Source: Mobula hypostoma | Taxonomy: Eukaryota | Assembly (NCBI RefSeq): GCF_963921235.1 | Contig: NC_086109.1 | Span: 19,346,001-19,410,000, forward strand | DNA: 64,000 nucleotides | Reading direction: 5' to 3' | Notes under the pieces: model-generated | Told to the model about the DNA's origin: nothing | The model's input: only the letters and a program-made list of their open reading frames with translations | Database searches by the model: none | Translations under genes and position numbers: made by a program | Shown here: positions 1 to 12,835 of the stretch, one piece after another | How the letters are laid out: every line of letters begins with the position of its first letter | How positions within the stretch are numbered: the stretch's first letter is position 1

Positions 1-1741
1 TTGTTAAGCACTCCCATGTGCAGCACCTTATCAACTGCCTTCTGAAAATCCAAGTAAATGACATTCACTACCTGTCCTTTGCCCACCCTGTTTGTTACTT
101 CCTCAAAGAACTAACGGACTTGTCAGGCAAGATTTCCCTTTATGGAAACCATGCTGACTTTAACTAATTTCATCATTAATCTCCAAGTACCCCGAAAACG
201 CATCCTTAGTAATAGACTCCAGCATTTTCCCAACCACTGAGGTTAGGCCTATAATTTCCTTACTTTTGCCTTCCTCTGTTCTTAAAGAGTGGAGTGACAT
301 TTGCAATCTTCCAGTCCTCCGGAACCATGCTAGAATCAAGTGATTCTTGAAAGATCATGACCAATGCATCTGCTATTGCTTCGGCAACCTCTTTCAGAAC
401 TCTGTGATATAGTCCACCTAGTCCAGGTGACTTATCTACCTTAAGGCCTTTCAGTTTGCCTAGCACTTTTTCCTTTGTAATAACAATAGCACTCACTCCT
501 GCTCCCTGACACTCATGGGCCTCTGGCACACTGCTAGAGTATTCCACAGTGAAGACTGATGCAAAGTACTTATTATGTTCATCTGTCATTTCTTTGTCCC
601 CCATTATTACCTCACCAAAACCATTTTCCAGTGGTCTAATATCAACTCTCACCTCCCTTTTACTCTTTATATAACTGAAAAAAAACTTTTAGTATCCTGC
701 TTTATATTTTTGGCTAGTTTGCCCTCATATTTCATCTTTTCCCTTATTATGGTTTTTTTTAGTTGCCTTTTGTTGGAATTTTAAAAACTTCCCAATGATC
801 CAACTTCCAACTCACTTTTTCTATATTATATGCTCCGTCCTTGGCTTTTATGCAGTCCTTAACTTCCTTGTCAGCCATGGTGCAATTTGAGAACTTCTTC
901 CTCTGTTGGACATATCTATCCTTCACCTTGTGAACTATGCCCAAGAAATTTCAGCCACCTCTGCTCCGCCATCATCTCTGCCAATATCCCCTTCCAATCC
1001 ACCTGGGCAAGCTCCTCTCTCATGCCTCTGTAATTCCATTTATTCCATTATGATCCCGATACATACCTATCTGACTTATGTTTGTCCCTCTCAAACTGCT
1101 GTATGAATTCAATCATATTATGATCACTCTCTCCTTAAGGTTCCATTACCTTAAGCTCCCAGATAAAATCGGGATTATTACACATCCAATTTAAGATAGC
1201 CTTTCCCTGAGTAGGCTCAAGCATAAGCTGCTCTAAAAAGCCATCTCGCAGATATTCAACAAATTCCCTCTCTGCGATCTGACACCAACCTGATTTTCCC
1301 ATTCCCCTTGCTTTTTGAAGTCACCCATTACAATTGTGGCATTATCCTTATTATATTCCCTTTCCAGCTTCGTTTGCAATCTCAACCCCACATCTTGGCT
1401 ACTATTTTGAGGCCTATATGTGATTCCAATAATGGTTTTTCACCCTTGCAGTTTCATAACTCCACTCGCAAAGATTCGACATTCTCTGACCCTATGTCAT
1501 CTCTTTCTAAAAATGTAATTCCGTCTCTTACCAACAGAGCCACACCACCACCTATGCCTTCCTGCCTGTACTTTCGATACAAAGTATATCATTTGATATT
1601 AAGCTCCCAACTATGACCTCCTTTTAACCATGACTCAGTGATGCCCACAGTCATACTGACCAATCTCTAATCGCGCCACGAGTTCATCCACCTTATTCTG
1701 AATACTACGCACAGTTAAATACAGCACCTTCAGTCCTGCAT
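1..1741 (-). mobile_element. CR1-clade LINE, ORF2 part (endonuclease to RT start), decayed; 5' part continues at 8505
   Basis: ORF 260..652 reads KSPGLGGLYHRVLKEVAEAIADALVMIFQESLDSSMVPEDWKIANVTPLFK, the CR1 pre-RT motif; frameshifted endonuclease remnants lie upstream. Confidence 0.9.
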
Positions 1742-2039
1742 ACCTTTCAAATCTTTATTATTATTATCCAAAATTAACGAGAGTACAACAAGGTAAGCAA
1801 CACTTACAATGTCTCAAGAAAAAACACATTATTTTAATGATTGAAAAAATTTTGGTGACAAAAAGAGAGGAAAAAAATCCCTACTAAGCAAGAAAAAGTG
1901 AGGGAAAAAAAACCCATTAGGTGTTTCAACCCCAGAGCCATGCATCATACAAAAAGCTTCTAAAGATAAACATCAAATCGCCAACAAGAAAAAAAATGTA
2001 CCAAAAATTTAGAATTAGATAGTGGAGGAAATTTATCAA

Positions 2040-5000
2040 TTAACTCAAATGATAATAACGAGCAAATTAACCCCATCTTTTCTCAAAATCAAACATAGGT
2101 TCAAAGGTTTGACTTCTAATTTTCTCCAAACTAAGACATAGCATCACTTGAGAGAACCATTGTGACAAAGTGGGAGCCAATGTATCCTTCCACTTCAACA
2201 AAATGGCCCTCCTAGCTATCAATGTAACAAATGCAATAACATGCGGATATTTTGAGGCATTATTCCAAAAAGCACAGTTAATTTGGTAGGTTGTAAATTA
2301 ATTTTAAGTGCCTTAGAAATTGTCAAAAAAACTGATTTACAGAACCGTTCCAGTATAGAACAGGACCAAAACATATGTGTCAGTGTAGCTGTCTCGGTTT
2401 TACATCTATCACAATAACGATCAACATTAGGGAATATTTTAGACAATCTCTCCTTTGTCAAATAGTAACAAAGTACAATTTAAAATTGAATCAGTGAATG
2501 ACTAGCACAGATCGAAGAAGAGTTAACCAGCTTCAGAATCCATGTCCGATCCTCCATCATAAAAGTCAAATTAAGTTCCTTTTCCCAATCCTGTTTAATC
2601 TTAAATAAAGGACGCTTATCCCATTGTAATAGTAAATTATAAATTCTTCCAATAGAACCCTTCATCAAAGGGTTCATACTCATAATACTATCTAACAGGT
2701 CAGCATCCAATATGTAAGGAAAATTACTTAAATATTTTTGTAAGAAATGTCTAACTTGAAGGTATTGTAAAAAATGTGAGTATGAAAGAGAATACTTATC
2801 AACTAAATGTTCAAAAGACATCAGTCTATCTTCTTTAAATAAATCCAAAAAAGAATTAATACCTTTATTTTTTCAAAGTAAAAAAAATTGGATCACACAA
2901 AGAGGGCTTAAAAAAGTAATTTTGATGAATTAAACTACAAAGTTTAATGTTTTTAAGATTAAAATATTTGTGGAACTGGAGCCAAATTTGTAAAGAATGC
3001 TTAATCACAGGGTATAAATTTAAATTAGCAACTTTAGCTAATTGTATATGTAAAGCAGCTCCCAATAACGAAGTTAAATAAAACTGTTTCACAGCTTTCA
3101 ATTCCAAGTCTACCCAAATTGGCCAATACTAATATTAAATTAAATAACAAAGGACTTAATGGACAACTTTGTCTTGCCCCCCGTGAAAGCTGAAAAAAGG
3201 AGATCTGCAGTTATTAGTAATAACAGTAGCAATAGGAGTTTTATGTATCATTCTAATCCAAAGATTAAAATTAGCACCAAAGCCAAATTTCTCTAAAACG
3301 TTAAATAAATATTTCCATTCGACTCGTTCGAACACTTTTTCAGCATCCAAAGGGACGACGCATTATGGAGTTTTAAAAGAGGATGAATATATAATGTTAA
3401 ATAATCTATGAACATTTGAAAAAGAATAACAACCCTTTATGAAGCCTGTTTGATCTTTAAAAATAATTTTACCCAAAATATTCTCCAACCAATTAGCCAT
3501 TATCTTTGGCAGAAACTTAGCATCGATATTCAATAATGAAATAGGTCTATATGAGGCACAATCAGTAGGATCTTTATCCTTTTTATAAGGCTTCTATTTC
3601 TTTAATTCTTAAAAAGTAGAGGGTAAATTACCTTTCACAAAAGAATCCTTAAACATTTCCAACATATATGGAGAAAGCAATTTTCCAAATTTTTTATAAA
3701 ATTCTACTGGATAGCCATCAAGTCCACGGGCATTACCAGATTGCATTGAAAAAAATAGCTTTATGATTTTTGGCTTCAGTAATTTGGGTATCAAGAGATT
3801 TTTGATCCCCAACAGAAATTTTATGAAAAGCAATCTTATGTAAGAAAGCATTCATTTTAGAAGAATCTACTGGACATTGAGATTTATAAAGTTCAGTATA
3901 AAAATCTCGAAAAATCATATTAATTTCTTCATATTCCCAAGCCAGGGTACCATCATTCCTACAGATTTTCAAAATTTGCCTTTTGGCTCTGACCATTTTT
4001 AATTGAGATGCAAGCAGTTTATTATTTTTATCTCCAAACATGTAAAATCGGCTCTTTAACTTAAGCAAATAGCCTTCAATAGGATGAGTTAATAATAGAT
4101 TATATTGTAATTGGAGTTCCACCCTTTGTTTGAATACATCAATATTAGAGGAAATTGCATAAGTATTATCTATGTCTTTAATTTGTTTTGAAATCTTTCT
4201 AATTCTACCTTAGTCACTTTTTTAAGCTTAGCTGAATAAGAAATGATCTGACCATGTAAAAATGCTTTCAATGTATCCCATATTATTAATTTAGACATAC
4301 CCCCCATATCATTAAAAAGAACAAAGTCTTTTATCTGGGTTTCAAAGAAACTGACAAAGTCAGAGTTTTGCAATAATGCCTGAGGCTAATGTCTAATGTC
4401 TGAGGTGGGTGGGCAAGAATGACATCATCAAATTCAAAACACAAACTCAGGCGCATGATCAGGTACCAAGTGTCCCCCGCTTTTCGAACGTTCGCTTTAC
4501 GAAACCTCACTGTTATGAAAGACCTACATTACTACCCTATTTTCACTTTCAGAAGGTGTTTTCACTGTTACAAAAAAAAATTCAGCACGCAATAAAAAAT
4601 TCAGCGCGCGATAAAAAAAATCAGCACGCGATAAAAGACAGCGCACGCCCCGAGCAGCCGCTCTCCCCCGGATTCGGAACTGCTTTGTTTTAACACGTGC
4701 CTGTGAGCAGCTGTTAGCAAGATGAGTTCTATGGTATCGGAAAAGCCTGAAAGAGCTTGTAAGGGTGTTACACTTAGTGTAAAACTAGACATAATTAAGC
4801 ATTTCGATCATGGTGAACGAAGTAAGAACAACGTGAGTTTGGTTTGTGGAAGCTGACAAACATGATGTTGAAGAGGTTTTGGCATTCCATCACCAATGAA
4901 GAGCTGATGTAATTGGAAGAAAAAAGGATAACAATTGAAACCGAATGAGTAATGATAAAGTATGACTTTAATTTTGAAAGAGTACGTCGGTTTAGGGGAT

Positions 5001-6660
5001 ATTTGCAGGATGGTTTGAGTCCTTACAAAGAACTGTATGATAGAAAAATGCACGAGGCTCAGCAGTCAAGCAAGCCTTCCACAGCAGACGACGAACCTCG
5101 ACCTTCGACATCGAGGCGGGCAGAGATAGGAGATGATGAGCTGCCTGCTCTGATGGAAAAAGACAATGAGATGACACCGCAGTGTCGCACCACCCCAACC
5201 CCCAGGCCACAGACAGATACCGATTCGCGGAGAAAGCAACGGTAGCTGGGAGGTACACAGCACATCTTTTAGAAAAAAGCCGAAATAAACATGCTAATTA
5301 ATTAGGTGCCGCCAACACATAATTGTCAGCCCAGATCAGAGACGATGCGATCCGAAATCGGAACTGATCTGGGCCGACAATTACGTGTTGGGCGGCACCT
5401 AGGTAATTAGCTTGTTTATTTTGGCTTTTTTCTTAAAGATGTGCTATGTACCTCCCGGCTACCACTGCATTCCTGCATGCTTCGCGGCAATGTATCGCTT
5501 GGTAGACTGGAAGGTGGGGGCCACTACACCATCCCAACCTGCAACAACCCAGTCTAACACACCATCATCAGTGTGCTCGGCAAGCTATCTTCCTGATTCC
5601 CGTAAGTGATACTACACTGTACATACATTATTTCTACTTTATGTAGGCTGTGTATTTTTACATGTTATTTGGTATGATTTGGCAGCTTCATAACTTAAAG
5701 GTTACTGGGGAGAGTGTTCTTGCCAACAGCGCTTGCATGAGATTTTCTGCCGACGGCGCTTGCGTGAGATTTTCGCTACAGAGAACAGTTCAGTAATGAT
5801 TGTGGAAAAGTATTTCTATTTTATATAGGCTGTGTATTTATCATATCATTCCTGCTTTTACTATATGTTACCGTTATTTTAGGTTTTATGTGTTATTTGG
5901 CATGATTTGGTAGGCTATTTTTGGGTCTGCGAATGCTCACAAAATTTTCCCATATAAATAAATGGTAATTGCTTCTTCGCTTTACAACATTTCGGCTTAC
6001 AAACCGTTTCATGGGAACACTCTACCTTTAGGTGGCAGGGGAAACCTGTATAGCAATAACATCATATTCACAATTTTTAACACTAGGCAAGAATATTTTT
6101 TATAAACATGTGAAAACAAAGAATATTCTCTGTTATCAGGGTGTAGATATCTCCATAATTCAATCAATCCAAAATCAGTCAAAAAGGAGTTAATAAGTGA
6201 TGTGGAGCGATTTGGAAGTCGATGACTGGCTGAACTCTTGTCAATCAAAGGATTTAAACAACAGTTAAAATCTCCACCCATTATCAACATATATTCATTT
6301 AAATTAGGCAGTAAAGCAAATACCATTTTAAAAAAAGAAGGATCATCTAAGTTAGGACCATACAAGTTGACCAAAACAACTATTCTGTTACAGATTACTC
6401 CTTTAACAATTAAAAATCTCTACTATTAAAATCTGACTCAATATCCTCTTGAGTAAATATATTGGATTTAATATAGATGGACATATCCTTAGTTTTTCTC
6501 TGAGAAGTGGAGTGAAACTGCAAACTCCTCCGCCATCCAAAAAATCTATATTGATCTCCCGCCCTGATAAATGTCTCTTAGGCAAAAAATATATCAGGTT
6601 GGAATCGGTTAATGATTTTGAAAGTCTTTTGTTGTTTGGTAGGATGATTCCAACGTACAT
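2040..6660 (-). pseudogene. L1 ORF2 (APE endonuclease + RT + CCHC-like region), frameshifted and split by a Tigger element
   Basis: Fragments VNLYGPNLDDPSFF..IMGGDFNCCLNPLID, WDTLKAFLHGQIISY, GLDGYPVEFYKKF, LDAEKVFERVEWKYL, CDRCKTETATLTHMFWSC. Confidence 0.85.
4466..6048 (+). mobile_element. Tigger/pogo-type DNA transposon, internally deleted
   Basis: TA at 4464-4465 and 6049-6050; imperfect TIRs (ccaagtgtcccccgc vs reverse complement caggtttcccctgc); N-terminal HTH remnant KGVTLSVKLDIIKHFDHGE from ~4722; C-terminal remnant YDFNFERVRRF..PYKELYDRKM; no DDE core seen. Confidence 0.82.
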
Positions 6661-7587
6661 TCCAACTTATTACATTAATCCATTTAAATACCATACTATA
6701 ATTTTATTCTACTTTACACATGCGCAGATCACACACCAATACGGGATGATCAAAAATGGCAGTGATGAAGAATACAACCACATAGAAAACACGCATGCTC
6801 TGGAACCACCCAATGGGGAAAAAACCCCTAACCCTAACCCCACCCCCTCCCCCCATAGCCTGAAAAAAAGCAGGCACCCTATGATAGAATATGAAGCCAG
6901 GGATTGCTCTGTCTGTACAAAAAAAATTTTAAAAGATTCTCTCTCCCTCCCCCAGTTTTTAAAAAAAACAAAACCCACTGACCTTGTAAACAGGAACAAT
7001 AAAGTCTCAACGAAAGAAAGTGTTTACATTCCAGCATCTACAAAATATTCCATGTTGATATTTAATCTTTTTTTTAAACAAGAAAGAAGCGAAATAATGT
7101 TATCTCTTAAAAAGAAAAACCAGTGCCATTTTTAAATTTAACATTAAATCCCTAAAAAAAGCTTTAAATTTGGTATTATAAGACGCTATAATAAAGCAGA
7201 AAAAAAGTGAATAGCATATTTAACCCAACTAAATTTTCAAAAATACCAACTAGTAATATTATAAGTAATTGAACCCTCCCTAAATATATATAAAAAGAAG
7301 CCCCATTAGGAGGAAATACTACCAATTAATTAATTAAGAAAGAATCAAAAAAAACCAAACCAGATATTAGGTTAAAGGAACAAGTCCCTTTATCTTCTTT
7401 TTCTTAGTGGAATGTCCGAATAACCATTTAAACAGTCATACTTAAACCATAGATCTTCTTTCCAAAAAAAACCAATGATATGCAATAATGAACAAATCTC
7501 CTTTCCTTCTTTTAATAGTCTCTCAATGAAATACCCAAGTAACCTTCATAAATCGTCTTTCCGAAATGCCAATAATATACAGATAGT

Positions 7588-8395
7588 TCATTCAACAGCA
7601 GCAGCACGTATTGTTTGAATGAACTCCACTGCAGTTTTTGGATCAAAAAATGTACGAGGAGGAGAATTAGGAGGAAAAGCTTTAATTCTTGTCGGGTAAT
7701 GCAAGGAAGGGAACAGTTTCTTTTCATATGCCTGTTTCATTACCAGAGCAAATTTTGATCTTTTTTCCATTACCTCCTTCGGATAATCCTCATAAAAACA
7801 GAGCTCAGATTCCTTAAATCTAAAAACTCCCTGTTTTCTTGCCTATTGCATTATTTGATCTTTAATTTTAAAGTGATGAAAACAAACCAAAACAGACCTT
7901 GGTTTATTTGGATCTTTAGATTTCAAAGTAAAAGCTCTGTGTGCTCTTTCTATAGTAGGCAGCTGTGATAATATGGTAGGAAATAAGGTATGAAAAAGCT
8001 TACCAAAGTAAGCAGTTAAATCTCCATCTTCAGCTCCTTCTTGCAGCCCAACAATTTGTATGTTCCTTCAGCAAGACCTAGTTTCCAGGTTTATAATCTT
8101 ATTTTGATATCTTTCCAAACGAGTTGTAGCTTCAAACAATTTTTGCTTAGTTATCTTCAATTCTTCTTCGTGTGTAATAACTTGAGTTTCCAGGTCTTTA
8201 GGTTTTCCTAAATGACTTCATTTCATTACTATTCTTTTCCAGTTGGTCTTTAACTGACCCATTCTGATCTTTAATTGAATTCAGTGTCCGAACCATATCT
8301 TCAGCCCATGGTTGCGTTTCATCAGATCTTTCCTTATGCATCTTTCCTTTCCCATTACCACTCCTCGTAGACATAGACATATTGTTCCCCCTCAA
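7588..8395 (-). pseudogene. L1 ORF1 (coiled coil + RRM/CTD), disrupted
   Basis: Minus-strand fragments IVGLQEGAEDGDL, TIERAHRA, KPRSVLVCFHHFKIKDQI, FYEDYPKEVMEKRSKF, LHYPTRIK. Confidence 0.8.
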
Positions 8396-8504
8396 GAATC
8401 AGCAAATAAAAAATTTAAATTTGAAGTTTAAACCAGGGGGAAAGGAGCAAAACTAAGAGCAGCACAAAAACTGCTGCTACTCCATTTACAGACAGGCACA
8501 GTCT

Positions 8505-9915
8505 CCTCCAGTCCCACATTCTTCATTGTTTTGAACTTTGCCTTTGAACTGTCTGCATTTATACCCAATCATTGACTTGTCCTTCCTTATATTCATATAA
8601 TGCCCACCATCTACTTGTAAATCTGTTGGCTCATCCTCAGCTCTATCATACTAGTTCCCATCCCCCGCCATATTAGTTTAAATTATACCCTACAGCTTTA
8701 GCAAACATGCCCACAGGGATATTTGTCCCCCTCGGAATCAAATGCAACCCATCCATTTTATACAGGGCACACCTGCCCCAGGAGAAGTCCCAACGATCCA
8801 GAAATCTGAAACCCTGCCCCCTGCTCCAATTCTTCAGCCATGCATTTACCTGCCACCTCATTTTATTACTGTCCTCACTGTTGCGTGGCACAGGCAGCAA
8901 TCCCGAGATTACTAACCCTTGAGATTCTGCTTCTCAACTTTCTTCCTAGCTCCCTGTATTCTGATTTTTAGGACCTCTTCCCTTTTTCTACCTATGTTGT
9001 TGATACCAATATGTAACCATGACTTCTGGCTGCTCACCCCCCCCCCTTTCCAGGATATTGTGGACACGTTCAGAAACATCACGGACCCTGGCACCTAGGA
9101 GGCAAACAATTAATTTATGGTTCTTTTTCGTCCACAAAATCACCTACCTGTCTCCCTAACTATAGAGTGCCCTGTTACTGCTAACATCTTCTTCAGCTTT
9201 CTCTCCTTCAGAGCCACAGGGCCAGACTCAATGCCAGAGACATGACCGCTGTTGGTCCCTCCCCCAACAGTACTCAAAATGGAGTACTTCTTGTTGAGGG
9301 GATGGCCACAGGAGTGCTCCCCATTATATGAAGTTTTTCCATCCCCCTCTTGACAGTCACCCGTTTATCTGTCTCCTGTGGCCTTGGGGTGACTACCTCC
9401 CTTGTAGCTCCTGTCTATCACTGCCTCACTTTCCCTAACAAGCCAAAGGTCATCAAGGCTCAGCTCCGGTTTCCTAAAACAGTCTCTAAGCACCTGCTGC
9501 TGATGTGGCCATCGAGGAGACTGGAAGTCTCCTGGAAATCCTACATCTGTCACCCTGAATAGAACACTGACTCCGCAGGCATACCCACTACTCTTTCAAG
9601 AGTTAAATAAGAAAAAGAAATAAGAAATAAACTTACCCTCTTACCTTGCCTCCACCTGTTCTCACCGAAGCCTCTTGAGCTGAAGCCTTACCACTCTGAC
9701 TCAGACCACTCCCACGATGACTGCTCCACTAGATAGTACCTCTCATTAATGGAGACTGGGTTTTTCAAGCTCACTCCGGACCTGCACAGGAACACCTCTA
9801 CAGTGTCTGTGCCCCTGTCCAATTAAAGACTCCCACTGAAAACTGGCTGCTTTTTCAAGCGCTCCACTCCGGATCTGCACGGGAACACTTCTATTGTGTC
9901 TGCGCTGCTTTCTAA
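8505..9915 (-). mobile_element. CR1 5' part: ORF1 (SGNH esterase-like) and 5' UTR
   Basis: LPVPRNSE..WQVNAWLKNWSRGQGFRFLD..DGLHL..GTNI and HIGINNIG motifs; two related ~60-bp units at ~9753-9815 and ~9841-9905. Confidence 0.85.
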
Positions 9916-11702
9916 TCAGAAGGTCCTAAGACTCCTGTACTTTTTTCCTGATGGCAGCTCTGAGACGAGGTCATAGCTTGAATGTTGGGGGTCCTTGATA
10001 ATGGATGATGTTTTCTTGCAGCAGCACTCCATGTAGATGTGCTCAGTGGTGGGGAGGACTTTACCCATGATGGACTGGAATGTATCCACTACTTTTTGCT
10101 GGATTTTCCATTCAAGGGCATTGAAGTTTCCACACCAGATCATAATGCAACCAGTCAATATGCTCTCCACTACACGTTTTTAGAAGTCTGTCAAAGTTTT
10201 AGGTGCCATACTAAATCTTGGTTAACTTCCAAGAAAGTTGAAGTGCTGCCATGCTTTCTTCGTAATTGCGCTTACCTACTGGACCCAGAACAGATCCTCT
10301 GAAGTGATAACACTGAGGAATTTAAAGTTACTGACCTTCTCCACCTCTGATTCCTGATGAGGACTGGCTCATGGACTTCCAGTTTCCTCCTCCTGTAGTC
10401 AATAATCAGTTCCTTACTTTGCTTACATTGAGAGAGAGGTTGTATGTCACAACTCAGCCAGATTTTCAGTTTCCCTCCTATTTGCTGATTAGTCACAATC
10501 TTTGATTCAGCCAATGACAGTGGTGTCATCAGCAAGCTTAAATATGGCATAGAAGCTGTGCTTAGCCTCACAGTTATGAGAATAAGGCAAGTAATGAAGG
10601 GGGCTAAGCACACAGCCTTGTGGTGCACCTGTGTTGATGGAAATTGTGGAGGAGCTGTTGCTGCAAATCTGAGCTGACTGGGGTCTGCAAACGAGGAAAT
10701 TGAGAATCCAGTTGCACGAGTAGGTATTGAAGCCTAGGTCTTGGAACTTATTGATTAGTTTTGAGGAGATGATAGTATTCAACACGGAGTCGAAATCAAT
10801 GAAGAACATCCTTATATATGTATCTTAACTGTTGAGATGTTCTAGGGTTGATTGAAAATCCTATGAAATGGCATCTACTCTTGACCTTTTGTGACAATAG
10901 GCAAATGGGAGCAGATCCAAGTTGCTTTTCAGACAGAAGTTGATACATTTCATCACCAACTTCTCAAAACACTTCGCCCCAGTGGATGTAGGTGCTACTG
11001 GATGATAGATAGTGTTACGTACCCTGTAAATGGGTTGCCAAACCAGCAGAAATGGACCACTTAGTTGGAGTCTGGTCTAACAGAAGCTAATAAAGTCTTA
11101 TTAAAGAAATAAGTAACACAGTACTCTAATCCTAAGGATATAAATGCAACAGGTTAGCAATGATAAAACACACGTGTACACAGAACTAGGGTAATAGGAA
11201 TCAACCAAGCTCTATCGCAGTCTAGGGGTAAAATGATCCCCTAGTGACGCAGAGTTCAGTTCAGCTTAGTACAGTTCGCAGTAATCGCTGGAGAGAGAGA
11301 GAGAGAAATGCAAATTGGATTCAGCAGCCCTTTGATGTTCACAGGTGGTTTCGGGCAGACCCTTTTATGTCTTCTGTGGTCACCGACTGTGACCCCTCCG
11401 TTCCGGATACGACCGTTCTTCCGCGGTGAACCCGGCACCCAGGCAAGGGCGGACACACACACCAGGTTCCCACCGATCGTACCCTTTTCACCCTGTGCGT
11501 CTATGGTCGGTTCCCTCGAACCAGACCTCCAACTCCCACCAACTTGTGGGGGCACACCGCTCTTCCAGGGTCTTATCTCATGATCTCGTGGTGTGTGTCG
11601 TGCCTTAGTGAACCTGTTCTTTTTATCCCCCTGCTGGGGTATCGCCTGTCCATCAAACTTCAAACAGTTCAGGTTCAAAGCAACCGGTCTGTCAATATTC
11701 TG

Positions 11703-11878
11703 TAGGAAGAGGTGCAGTCGACATTTCAGGCCGAGACCCTACGTCTGTCCTGATGAAGGGTCTTGGCCTGAAACGTCGACTGCACCTCTTCCTACAGATG
11801 CTGCTTGGCCTGCTGCATTCACCAGCAACTTTGATGTGTGTTGCTTGAATTCCCAGCATCTGCAGAATTCCTGTTGTT
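11703..11878 (+). mobile_element. Mini Penelope-like insertion with an inverted 5' arm
   Basis: 13-bp TSD tgtcaatattctg (11690-11702, 11879-11891); the first ~45 nt are the reverse complement of ~11752-11795; nearly identical to the tail at 44330-44457. Confidence 0.85.
11747..11780 (+). ncRNA. Minimal type I hammerhead ribozyme motif
   Basis: gtc CTGATGA agggtcttggcct GAAA cgtc gac: both core boxes, stem II, palindromic ACGT at stem III, stem I gtc/gac. Confidence 0.65.
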
Positions 11879-12113
11879 TGTCAATATTCTGAAATGTGTT
11901 TCTTTCTCGTTAATCTCTCTCTCTTCTCTCTTATTAGCATTTTGAATGTTTCTCCATTGTCTCCCTTATCTCTCTCATCAGCATCAATCTTCTGATAACT
12001 TGGTTTGTCATCACAATAGTCACTGAGGCAGCTTACCACATTCTTCTTAGGGCTGGTACAATTGAAACCTGCTTGGAAGCGGCTGGATACCGCAGACTGT
12101 CAAAGCGAGAGAT

Positions 12114-12515
12114 TATTAGGAACACCTGCTCATTAATGCAAACATCTAATCAGCCGATCATGTGACAGCAGCTCAATGCATAAAAGCATGCAGGCATCAT
12201 CAAGAGGTTCAGTTGTTGCTCAGACCAAACATCAGAATGGGGAAGAAATATGATCTAAGTGACTTTGACCATGGAATGTTTGTTGGTGCCAGACAGAGTG
12301 GTTTGAATATCTCAGAAACTGCTAATCTCTTGCAATTGTCATGCACGGCAGTCTCTAGAGTTTACAGAGAATGGTGCAAAAAACAGAAAACATCCAGTGA
12401 GTGCCAGGTCTGTTGGCAAAAATGCTTTGTTAATGAGAGTCGTTTGAAGAGAATGGCCAGATTGCTTCAAACTGACAGAAAGGAGACTGCAGCTTAAATG
12501 ACCACACGTTACAAC
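12114..12515 (+). mobile_element. Tc1-family transposon fragment (transposase N-terminus)
   Basis: MGKKYDLSDFDHGMFVGARQSGLNISETANLL..VSRVYREW paired-like HTH. Confidence 0.8.
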
Positions 12516-12609
12516 AGTGGTGCAAGTGTGGAACAAAGTTCTACCAGAAGTGGTAGATGTGGGTTCAATTGTAATATTTAAGAGACATATGGATATGTAT
12601 ATAGATCCA

Positions 12610-12835
12610 AAGGATCCATTTACCCCTTACCTAGCTTCACCTAAAACCTTCCAGCTTGTACTCCATTCCTTTCCCCACCTTATTCTTTCTTCCTTTCCAA
12701 TCGTGATGAAGAGTCTCGGCCTAAAACATTGACTCTTTATTCCTCTCCATAGATGCTGCCTGACCTGCTGAGTTCCTCTGGCATTTCGTGTGTATTGCTC
12801 CGGATTTCCAGCATCTGCGGAATCTCTTGTGTTTA
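12610..12835 (+). mobile_element. Penelope-derived tail repeat, decayed
   Basis: Pyrimidine-rich tract, then gtgatgaagagtctcggcctaaaacattgact..gatgctgcctgacctgctgagttcc. Confidence 0.7.

Larger units (their letters stand above)
1742..8504 (-). mobile_element. L1-clade LINE, apparently full length and decayed, inserted in the CR1
   Basis: ORF1, endonuclease, RT and C-terminal Cys motif occur in order; flanked by imperfect 15-bp direct repeats ccttcagtcctgcat (1727-1741) and cctccagtcccacat (8505-8519). Confidence 0.88.
11013..12015 (-). mobile_element. Solo LTR (Gypsy-like, from the 4-bp TSD)
   Basis: TG..CA ends (tgttacg..catcaca); TSD atag at 11009-11012 and 12016-12019; no internal coding region; strand tentative. 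Confidence 0.75.
9916..12110 (-). mobile_element. Rex/Babar-type LINE RT fragment, interrupted by a solo LTR
   Basis: FIDFDSVLNTII..NWILNFLVCRPQ..INTGAPQGCVLSPL..KLADDTTVIG and ESILTGCIMIWCG; sequence resumes after 12016. Confidence 0.85.

Noticed and set aside
6449..7135. 228-aa plus-strand ORF
   Set aside because: Antisense to the L1 spacer and ORF2 start, low complexity, no recognisable domain
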